This document shows, piece by piece, positions 25,688 through 37,600 of a DNA stretch of 64,000 nt. The notes under the pieces are model-generated. The model made no database searches. It saw only the letters and a list, made by a program, of their open reading frames with translations, and was not told the DNA's origin. Source of the stretch: Azolla caroliniana (Eukaryota > Plantae > Polypodiophyta). How positions within the stretch are numbered: position 1 is the stretch's first letter; the number at the start of each line of letters is the position of its first letter. Both the position numbers and the translations under genes were made by a program. The stretch is from positions 6,386,001 to 6,450,000 of the forward strand of contig JBHGNT010000007.1 of assembly GCA_043228905.1 (NCBI GenBank), read 5' to 3'.

Positions 25688-28600
25688 ATGAAATGGAGAA
25701 TCTCTCTTGTTGGTTTTCGATCTCTGACTACATCTGCTCGTGTTGCCGATGTGAATTCGGATGAAGAAAATGGTCATGAACGCCACAAGTTTAACAGTAA
25801 TAACAGATTCCCATTGTCTCACTGGGAGGTTGTTATCCTCTTCTTCGTTTTTGTTCTGTTCTCTGTCGCGTTGTTGTTGATTTTCTGGACTATGCCACAG
25901 CTCGATACTAGTGTTCTTTTATTCCCTCGGAACCTCGTGGAGCTTCGACTACTCAAGTAAGTCTCTTGTTGTATTTGTATTTTTGTGCTTAGAAAGTGGT
26001 ATATTTGGGCTTTTCTCATTCCTTCTTTCAAATGATATGATTTTTGCTGTTTAATCTCTAAAAAGTTATACTTTGTGCTGAGAAAATTCTATATTTGTGC
26101 CCAAAAAGTGGTATATTTCTGTTTTCAAATTTGTGTTTTTGTGCTTTAAAAACCTATATTGATTTTTGTGTCGATTCAAAATTTATTTGTAATAGAATGC
26201 AGTTTATTTATACTTATAGTTTTGTGTGACATGTTACCCAAAAACATTTCTTGAATATTTGGAATTTGACCTGGTTTCATGAAAGACTAATCTAGTTATA
26301 GGTTACGCTACTCTAATCTCAGAGTTGAGAAGGCTATATGATGATTGTGTGATATTGTATTTGGATAGATTTGATTTCAGTATTTTTCATGGGATTTCTG
26401 TGGAAACTTAAGGAGTCTAGAATTATCTTTCTGGGAGTTATGGACTCGACTGATGAGTTTGGTAGAGTTTCCCGCACCATATGGACTTTTTTTGAGGATT
26501 GAGAATACAAAGTCTTATTGAAGTAAGGTTTTGTTGACATTAGCATAGAGCTCCTTCAGTTTCATTATGATCATGAGTTAATAATGATCAACTCCCTTCA
26601 ACACCCATTCAGGGCATCTGCTGATACTCTACATGGAATGCAGTTGGGTTGAAGTGTTGGTCTGCCATGTTAGGTTTGAACCTAGACCCTAGTGATTACA
26701 AGACACATTTGATTCATGCCACTCTGCAATGGAATCATATAGATTATATGCATGTATGCACTGATGAAGAGCTTAGGAGTGTCCTTACACAATCCACATG
26801 AGCATGAGAAAGAAATTTCCCTATCTTTCACTTCAGCCTTTCATGCCAACGTTGGGCCTACTGTCATCCTATATTGCAGTAGGAATTGGTTCACCATATG
26901 CTTACTCCGGAATCGTGGTTTCCTAAAAAAAAGAACCTTAATACAATGAGCACTACTGCCATCTTTCTTGTCGGAACTCGCTAGTTACACGTCCACTTTG
27001 TGGACGAGACTTAATATCGTGGTGGATTTGTGCTTGTATCTGTAGTTTTAAACTTCGATTCTCCTTTACTTGCTCCTTCTTTCTTCGTTTCCTTTATCTC
27101 TATCACATTCATAGCATCACTTTTTGCCTTGCATTTAAGAATTCATATTGTACCCCATAACAATCCCTGTGTTGCTTACACTTTGGTCGTCCATGTCAAC
27201 TCAGGCCACAAGGGCCAATATGTCATCCCATGTTGTGGCAGGAATAGAATTACAACACGTTCATTCTCAAGTTCCAACTCCCAATTTCCAAATACTGATG
27301 CTCTATGGCTCAGGTTTTATATTAAAAACCATAGGAATTTATGTGTAAAACTTAATAGATCTAAAATCAAGCTTCTTGTTACATAACCTCATATATTAAA
27401 AAAACATCTTGTTAAAGAAAAGTCTTTGAAAAGGTAAAAAATGTGGCAAGTCTTTGGAAAAGCCAGAATATTTAGAAGCAATGAACTAGCAAATGCCCAC
27501 ACAAGATATATATACCTAATCAAACCACTCCTCAGGAAGAGGTGATGGTGAAGAGACGCTAATAGCATGTAGCAAAGGTGTGGAGGATTTCATAGAGCAG
27601 ACACGGTTTTACACTGCACATTTGTGCATGATTTACCAAGCATATGTTTTAGGAGGTTCTCAGTTAGTATGTTTCAACAATATCAAAATATACATTTTGT
27701 AAAGAGGTATCCCGTAAGTTTTTTCTCCTTCAATCCAGCACCTAATAAGCATGCTATCCAAAACAATTAGTAGGCATCGTAGTTAAAATGTGAAGAATTT
27801 CAATTATGCTGCATGCCTGGATTATTAAGCAATATCATGCTATTTTTGAATAGTAAGCATCACGGTTAGATTGTATGCTTTGATAAACTATCATGCATGA
27901 TATTCAAAATATCAAGGGTCCTAATGAGATTATATCCTTCAATCAGAATATTGATCATCAAAATTAGATTGCATGCTTCAATCAGACAGTTGATAAGAAT
28001 ATTAAGTGTCTGTAATAGAAAACTGGGGAATTGTTTCTTATTAAGAAGAATCTAACTTTATGGGCTGCATTTGTGTTTATTTTGAAGTTATTGAAAATGC
28101 GAGGGATATTGTAGATATTTCCACATACACTGGAGGCATTTTTGATATTTTCCCAATCCTATATGATTTCAGACATGACAATGTATGAATTTCAACATGG
28201 TGAATTGTCAAACAAAATCTATGCTTCAATTTGACCCAACTGTAGTGTTGTGGCTCCCCACCTCCCTGTTATTGTTAGTTTCCCAAGCACTATTCATGCT
28301 CCACATCATGTCTATGGGGAGGAAAATGTCCAAATTTAAATGCTAGTATGCATATTTTAAGTCCAAGAACCAAGATGCATATATGTTAAATCGATTTAAT
28401 CACTCTAAAACCCTTTGTCTCACTGATTAGAAAATCCATAACCCACTAGTGTCCAAATAAACCTAACATGTTATGTTTATATTAATGGGCCATATTGAAG
28501 AAATCAATATGAAGCAATTAGATATGGTCTGTTGGATTCTTATTTTTGAATCCCAAAAACCTCACCACTTTAGGGTTCTAAGAGTATTTTTAGACAGGGG

Positions 28601-31600
28601 GAAAAAACCTCCTAAAGAGGGAAAAAATGCCCTTGTAGTCCTAAGTGTGTTCACACACATCATTGTCCTAAGCGTGTTCACACATTATTGTCCTAAATGT
28701 GTTCACACACATCACTATCCTAAGTGTGTTCACACATCACTGTCCTAAGTGTGTTCACACACATCACTATCCTAAGTGAGTTCACACATCACTGTCCTAA
28801 GTGTGTTCACACACATCACTACCAAAATATGTCAACAAATCCCCCTTGGGAGTGATGCGGTGAACAAGGAACTGACACTCATGGTTAAACAAGTGCCAAG
28901 CTATGTGGATAGAGATGAATCCACAAATGGGATTAGGCCTAAAGCTTTGTGGAAAGCTTCAAACTTCTCCCTAGGCAGAGCCTTTGTGAAGAGGTCTGCA
29001 ATGTTCTCTTGCGTGGGCACATAAGCCAAACTGATCTCTCCAGCGGAGAACCTTTCCTTGACATAGTGATAATGCACCTCAATGTGCTTAGTGCGAGCAT
29101 GGAACACAGGGTTCCTCGCAACTGCCATTGTGCTTTGACTGTCAGTGAAGATGGTGGTGGCAGAAGACTGACCAACACCCAAATAAGCTAAAAGGCGTCT
29201 GAGCCACACACACTCAACTGTGTCGAAATTCCGTGCTCGGCCACAACCGAGGAACAGGATCGATTCACAGAAAACGGGAAATACAACAATGCACGAAAAA
29301 CAATAGAGAGAAAGGTACACTGGATGTTCTACGTGGAAAACCCTAAATGGGAAAAACCACGGGAGTCCTCAAACTCCAACTATCACTATGAACAGAGATG
29401 TACAATGGTGAAGCTTCAAGGCAACAACCTTGAGCTCACTATCTTCGCCACAGGCGGCGGTAATACACAGAGGCAACGACCTCCTCGTCTCTCTCTCTCT
29501 CTCTCTCTCTCTCGGCTGCTCTCTTCACTCTCTCTAAGTGAAAACAGAAAAATAAGCAACAACTTTTCAGCAACAATAAACAGTTTGCCCTAAGTCATAT
29601 TTATACACATATGACTTTCAGGCTATTTACAAATATAGCCACAAGGGCCCTTGGCAAACATATTCACAAATATGTCCCCGCATCCGGATCTCTCTTCGGG
29701 TACATACATCATCCGGCTCCGTAGCCGGGTCTTCATCATCCGGCTCCGTAGCCGGGTCTTCATCATCCGGCTCCGTACCCGGGGTCTACATCATCCGGCT
29801 CCGTAGCCGGGTACTCTTCATCCGGCTTCATGCCGGGTACTCTTCATCCTCCGGTTCCGTAACCGCAACCGGGCTTGCCGTCATTCATCTCCGGACATCC
29901 CATCCGGAGGGACCGTAAATCCCAACAAACTCCCCCTTCACTTCGGCATGGGATGTCTCTCCAATCCGATCCTCTTCCGGCATGCTTCCAGCTTGTCGGG
30001 TGTAAGTACCTTAGTCAGCATATCCGACCCGTTCTCGTCCGTGTGGATCTTCGTCAGCACGAACTCCTTGTCTTCTATCCTTTCCCGGATCCAGTGATAT
30101 CTTCGCTGGATGTGCTTCGTCCGGGAGTGATAGGCCGCGTTCTTCGCAAGGTGGATGGCACTCTGACTGTCGCAGTAGAGTCGGTACTCCTCCTGCCGGA
30201 TACCGAGCTCTCTAATGAAGTCCTTCATCCATATTATTTCCTTGCCGGCTTCAACAGCCGCCATGTACTCCGCCTCCGTGGTTGACAGTGCAACCGTCTT
30301 CTGCAGCCTCGACTGCCATGAAACAGCTCCCCCTGCATACGTCATCACATACCCTGATGTGGACCGGCTGGTATCTGCATCAGCCGACATATCCGAATCG
30401 GTAAATCCATCGAGTTCGGGCTTACCGGAGCCGAATCGGAGGCACATGTTTGCCGTGCCCTTCAGGTATCGAAGTATCCATTTGACCGCGTTCCAATGCT
30501 CTTTGCCGGGATTGCTCATGTAACGGCTCACCACTCCGACTGCATATCCTATGTCCGGTCGGGTACACACCATCGCGTACATCAAGCTCCCGACGGCAGA
30601 GGCATATGGTACTTTCATCATGTCCTCCTTCTCAGCCTTTGTCTTGGGGCTTTGCTTCCTGGACAGCTTGCAGTTTGCCGGGAGGGTCGATCCGACCGGC
30701 CTTGCTTCCGACATGTTGAACCGGTGAAGCACCTTTGTCACGTACTTCTCCTGTGACAACCACAACTGCTTCTTCTTCCGGTCCCGGATGATGTGCATCC
30801 CTAGTATTTGCCTCGCCGGACCCAGGTCCTTCATTGAGAAGGTTCGGTGAAGTGCTTTCTTCAGCATCCGTATCTTGCCCTGGTCCCGTCCGACGATCAA
30901 CATGTCGTCCACGTACAGGAGGAGTATTAGAAAGTCTCCTCCTTCGAACTTCTTCACAAACACGCAGTGATCGGTCTGCGTTTTGTGGTACCCTTCGTCT
31001 GTCATGAAGGAGTCGAACTTCCGGTACCATTGCCGGGGAGCCTGCTTCAGACCGTAGAGGCTCTTCTTCAACCGGCATACCAGGTGCTCCTTTCCTTTCT
31101 TCTCGAATCCTTCCGGTTGCTGCATGTAGATCTCTTCTTCGAGGTCACCGTGAAGGAATGCCGTCTTCACGTCCATCTGTTCTACCTCGAGGTCCATGCT
31201 TGCCGCTATGCTCAGCACCGTCCGGATGGAGGTCATCTTCACTACCGGGGCAAATATCTCGTCGAAGTCGACGCCCTTCTTCTGCTGGAACCCCTTCACC
31301 ACGATCCTGGCTTTGTATCTCGGGGGGTTTCCGGCATCTCCCGGTTTCAGCTTGAACACCCACTTGTTTCGAAGTGCCCGCTTTCCTTTCGGCAACTCCA
31401 CAAGTTCATATGTGTGGTTCTCATGCAGGGAATCCATCTCCTCCTGCATGGCACTTAACCACCTGCGGCTATGTGTGTCAAGCTCTGCTTCTTCAAAATT
31501 CTCCGGCTCCCCCTCGTCGGTTAGCAGCACGTGCTCTGGTTCCGGAAATCTCCGGGGGGCCCTTCTCTCTCTTATAGGATATCTCCGTTCCGGAGCTTCG

Positions 31601-34600
31601 GTAACCGGTTCTTCCGACTCTTCTTCATCCGAATCCATTTCGGGATCAGGGCCGGTTCCGGTATCATTTTCATCTTCTTCGGCCGGTTCTGTTTCTTCAC
31701 CGTCTTCGGCCGGATCCTCGAGTGCTAACCGGTCTCTTGCCGGTCGAGACTGCTCCTTGTAGAGTTGATCCTCACTAGTCGACTTGGAGCTCTTCATCTT
31801 CTTCTCCGACTCCCAGTCGGCGAGTGTCTTGTCCTCCATGAAGATGATATCTCGACTCCTGAATATCTTCTTGTCGACCGGGTCCCATACTCGGTAGCCG
31901 AACTCGTCGTTGCCGTAACCGAGGAATATGCATGGCCGGGTCTTTGGATCTAGCTTTCCTCTCCGGTCCTTTGCCACATGCACATATGCGAGACACCCGA
32001 ACACCTTCAGATGCCGGTAGGATACTCCCCTACCGGTCCACACTCTTTGCGGCGTGTCTCCATCCAAAGGTACTGAGGGTGATCTGTTTATCACGTATGT
32101 CGCCGTCGACATTGCCTCAGCCCAAAACCCCTTGGGTAATTTCGCATGCGCCAGCATACTCCGGACCCTCTCCATTATGGTCCGGTTCATCCTCTCGGCC
32201 AGCCCGTTCAGTTCCGGCGTCTTCGGCACAGTAAACTCGAGTCGGATTCCCTTCGAGCGACAGTACTCCTGGAACTGTCCCCGGTATTCTCCTCCGTTGT
32301 CCGCTCGTATCGCTTTCAGCTTCTTGCCGGATTCCCTTTCCACTCTCGCGTGGAGTTCTTTGAAGACGGACAGTACTTGGTCCTTTGTCTTCAACGGTGC
32401 CGTCCACAGCTTCCGGCTGTGATCATCAATGAATGTTACGAAGTACTGGGCTCCGCCATGTGACTTCGTTTCTACCTGACACACGTCAGTGTGCACCAAC
32501 TCCAATGGTGCGCCACGTCTCGTCGGTGGCCTTGAGTGGAAGGAGGTCCGGTTTTGCTTACCGGCCAGACAGTCGGTGCACTTCTCCAGGTGCACATGCT
32601 TCACTGGAATAAGGTTGTCTTCTGCAAGCCTCTTCATCCCCTTCTTGCTCATGTGGCACAGTCTCTTGTGCCACAGCTCACCGGCAGTGTCGGCTGCCAC
32701 GTTCAGCTCCTCCGGACATAGCCGGGAGTTCATCAGGTACAGTGTGTTGACCTTCCGGGCCCGAGCCACTATCAGGCTCCCCTTGCTGAACTTCATGACA
32801 CCGTTCCGGATGCTACCCGTGTAGCCTTCATCATCTAGCCTCCCGGCCGAGATCAGGTTCAACCGGACCTCCGGAACGTGTCACACATCCTTCAGCAGCA
32901 TCTTGCATCCGGTTGATGTCATCAGCCACACGTCTCCTATGCCGGCAATCCGGCATGTACCTTCATTTCCCATCCGGACACAGCCGTGCTCGCCGGCTGT
33001 GTAGGATGAGAAGTATTTCTTCTCCGGGGTCAGGTGGAACGATGCTCCGGAATCGACCACCCAGGTCATCTCTACACCGGCAATGTTCAGCTCCCTCTCT
33101 TCGGTAATGAGCATGATCTCCTCTTCACTTGCCGCGAGTGCCGTCGTTCCTTTCCGGTCCTGCCCTCGCCGATCCGGACCTCTCCGGTCCGTGGCTCCCC
33201 GGTATGCACCGTTTCTCTCCGGTGACTTCTTCGAATCGGTGTCGTCGGCTCCGTTGTCCTTTCGGTAATGCCGACAATTCTTCCGGAAGTGCCCCGGCTT
33301 CCCACAGTGGAAGCATGTGGGCCTTCCTCTTGACTGCGACCGGGTCCCCGACTTCTCCCGTCTTTGCGGACTCCGGTTCCATTGTCTTCCCCGTTCCGAT
33401 TCGGTAAGCAGCGCCTTCGAGTCGGAGGCCGGTTCTTTATCTCTCCGACGCGCTTCTTCGTTCAAGATACTTGTCTTTACCGTTTGTAGAGACAAGTTAT
33501 CTTCGGTGCAGGAGGTGCTGAGAGTCACCACCAAGTTCTCCCAACTGTCCGGCAATGTACACATCAGGATGATGGCTTGCATTGCATCCTCCAACGGGAA
33601 CTTGATCGCCGCAAGCTGGTTCACGAATCCCATGAACGTGCTTACGTGTTCCACCATACTCTCGCCGTCCCGGTACTTGAGATTCACTATCTTTCTCATC
33701 AGGGAGGTCCGGTTCAACGCATTCTTTCTCTCGTAGAGGCCCGACAGCTTCCTCCACATCTCATATGCGTTGGTGTCGTTTGCCACGTGTTGTAGAACGC
33801 TCACATCGACGTATTGCCGAATGGTTGCAACGGCTTTCCGGTTCAGAAGCCTCCATTCCGTCTCAAGTACCCCCTTCGGTATTTCCGACCTGTCAATCGG
33901 TTCGTACAGGTCCCGAACAATCAAAAGATCCTCCATCTTGATCTTCCAGTCGGCGTAGTTCTGCGCGTTCAACACCATCATGCCCGGAGGCCCACTACCG
34001 CCGCCTTCCATTTTCTGTGTTACCGTCGCTCTGATACCACTTTGTCGAAATTCCGTGCTCGGCCACAACCGAGGAACAGGATCGATTCACAGAAAACGGG
34101 AAATACAACAATGCACGAAAAACAATAGAGAGAAAGGTACACTGGATGTTCTACGTGGAAAACCCTAAATGGGAAAAACCACGGGAGTCCTCAAACTCCA
34201 ACTATCACTATGAACAGAGATGTACAATGGTGAAGCTTCAAGGCAACAACCTTGAGCTCACTATCTTCGCCACAGGCGGCGGTAATACACAGAGGCAACG
34301 ACCTCCTCGTCTCTCTCTCTCTCTCTCTCTCTCTCGGCTGCTCTCTTCACTCTCTCTAAGTGAAAACAGAAAAATAAGCAACAACTTTTCAGCAACAATA
34401 AACAGTTTGCCCTAAGTCATATTTATACACATATGACTTTCAGGCTATTTACAAATATAGCCACAAGGGCCCTTGGCAAACATATTCACAAATATGTCCC
34501 CGCATCCGGATCTCTCTTCGGGTACATACATCATCCGGCTCCGTAGCCGGGTCTTCATCATCCGGCTCCGTAGCCGGGTCTTCATCATCCGGCTCCGTAC

Positions 34601-37600
34601 CCGGGGTCTACATCATCCGGCTCCGTAGCCGGGTACTCTTCATCCGGCTTCATGCCGGGTACTCTTCATCCTCCGGTTCCGTAACCGCAACCGGGCTTGC
34701 CGTCATTCATCTCCGGACATCCCATCCGGAGGGACCGTAAATCCCAACAAACTGTAGCTGTGAAAGCTGCCCTATACTCAGCCTCACAACTAGACGTGGC
34801 CACAGTAGGCTGCTTATTGCTCAACCAAGATATGCATGAGCTACCAAGCATGAAGCAAAAACCACTTGTGGACACACGAGTGTCATAACAACCAGCCCAA
34901 TCAGAGTCAGAAAAAGCATGCAGGTCTGGTGGTAGTGATCCCCCCTTGGGATAAAACAACCCAAGTAACCAGGTATCACTCAAGTAGCGAAAGATGCGCT
35001 TAACTGCCTACCAATGCTTAACTCCTGGGCAATGCATAAACCTGCTCATCTGAGAGACAGCAAACTGAATGTCAGGTCGGGTTATGCATAAGTAAATCAA
35101 GCATCCAACTGCCTGCTGATAGAGAACAGCATCAAATGCATCTCCAGCATCATGAAGGCTCAAATGTAAACCTGTCTCCATGGGAGTGGCAATAGGTTTA
35201 TAGTCTTCAAGGCCAAAACGCTGTAATAATGTGTCAATGTATTTCGATTGACACAAAGCTATTCCACCATCAACTTGTATGAATTGAATGCCCAAATAAT
35301 GATGCAAATGCCCCAAATCTGACATCTCAAAGGAGGCATGCAAATCAGCCTTAAAGTCAGCAATATGCTTCTCATTGGGACTAGTGAGCAACATATCATC
35401 GACATACACAACCATGATCAGAAATACATCATCAGCACGCTTAACATATAAGGTGCTTTCAGTTGGACTATTCTCAAACCCAAATGCAATCAAATAGGCA
35501 TGTATCTTTTCATACCAAGAATGCGGTGCTTGCTTCAAGCCATATAATGCCTTTCGCAACCTGCACACTTTGTGTTCATGCCCTTTTTGCACAAAACCAC
35601 GGGGCTGGGATACATACACTTCCTCATGAAAATCACCATTTAAAAATGCTGTTTTAATGTCCAACTGATGTACATTCCAACCACGATGAGCTGCAATTGC
35701 ACAGAGGCTACGAACAATAGTCATACGGCAGGTGAGAGCAAAGGTCTCATCAAAATCAATGCCTTTTTCTTGGGCATAACCTTTCGCAACAAGCCTAACC
35801 TTATACCCGTCAATTGTTCCATCAGGTTTACGCTTTAGCTTATATACCCACTTAGTGCCAATAGCCTTCTTGCCAGGAGGCAAGTCACATAAAGACCATG
35901 TACCAGTCTTCATAATAGCCTCATATTCTGATTGCATAGCAACCATCCAATTTTCTGAATTTTGTGCTTCATCAAAAGAAACAGGCTCACTCTCATTGCA
36001 AAGACTAGAGGCAGCCATTGCATAACAATTTGATGCAAAAGAAGCACTATGATAACTTGAACGAGTACGGCATGGCAAAGGAAAATCCAATTTATTGTTT
36101 TGCAAAGTCTACAACAGCTAGGCACAATCTTTGCCTCCTCTATATCAGCCCTCTCATTAGTAACTGCATCATGTAAGTCTGCATCAGAAATAGAATGATC
36201 TGCATCAAAAATGGAATGATCTGCATCATTATGAGTAGCTTCTAAAGGCTGAGAAGGTGCCTCAAGTGGGTCAACACTTAATTGTCCACTTGTAAACAGA
36301 GGCAACAAAGTGTCATACACATCTTTGGAGCTAACTGATGTCTCCTTCGTACATGAAAGAAGTGGCTGAATTGTATTCTCCACAAAAACAACATCATGGC
36401 TAACCAAAATGCATTTAGATTGTGGATGATACAGACGATAGCCTTTACTTTCAGAACTATATCCTACAAAAATACATTTCACTGCTTTATCATCCAATTT
36501 TTTGCGTTGATGTTTAGGCACTAATGCATATGCCAAACAACCAAAAACACGCAGATGAGCAATAGATGGCTTTTGGCCATGCCAAGCTTCATATGGAGTG
36601 ATAGAGTGCAGTGCTTTAGTGGGACACTTGTTAAGTACATATGCTGTACACATGACAGCCTCAAGCCAGAAACTATGTGGTAAGGCTTGACTTTTGACCA
36701 TACACCTAGCCATTTCCATGAGTGACCTGTTCTTTCTTTCAGCAACTCCATTTTGTTGAGGTGTATACGACACTGTACATTGATGTTTTATCCCACGTTC
36801 AGCCAGAAATGCATTAAACTCAGAAGACATATACTCCCCCCCTCGATCAGAACAAAGGGTGCCCATTTTATATGATGACAAATTCTCAGCCAAAGCTAGA
36901 AATGGTTTGAAGCACAGAAACACTTCGGACTTTGCCTTCAATGGATATACCCATGCATGCCTAGAAAAGTCATCAATGAAAGTCACAAAATAAAGATAGT
37001 TCCCAAGAGAATGTGTTTGCATAGGACCACAAACATTGCTATGAACAAGCTGCAATTTTTGCGTAGCTCGAACTTAACCATCTATTGGAAAGGATGAACG
37101 GTGCATTTTGCCCAAAATGCAGCCTTCACAAACATGCTTCCGGGGTGCCTCAAGTTTGGGCAAGGAGGACACCATTTCAGATTTCTGTAGGCGAAGCAAA
37201 CTTGCAAAATTCAGATGACCAAAGCGTGCATGCCAAATCTTTGCATTTGAAATAGCATGAGAATCTTGTATTGCACATGCTGAATCATTTATAGCTCGTT
37301 CATAATCTACGAGCTTATACAGCCCACGACATAAAATGCCAGAAGCAATAATAACATCCCCATTGGACAGATCATGAATTGTACACATGTCATCAACAAA
37401 TTTAACAACCAAGCCAACCTTGGCTAATGTTGAAACTGACAACAGATTTTTCTTGATCCTTGGCACAAACAAAGCATTTGACAAGATGAAAGGACTACCA
37501 TCAGTAGTAGTCAAAATGATCTTGCCAACACCCATAACTGGATAAGATGAGTTATTGGCGCATGTGACAATATTCCTTGTAGGAGCAGGCTCCAATGAAA

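Noticed and set aside
29875-33958. Many overlapping antisense or alternate-frame ORFs in the nested Copia
   Set aside because: Expected from high GC and few stop codons; no independent motifs.
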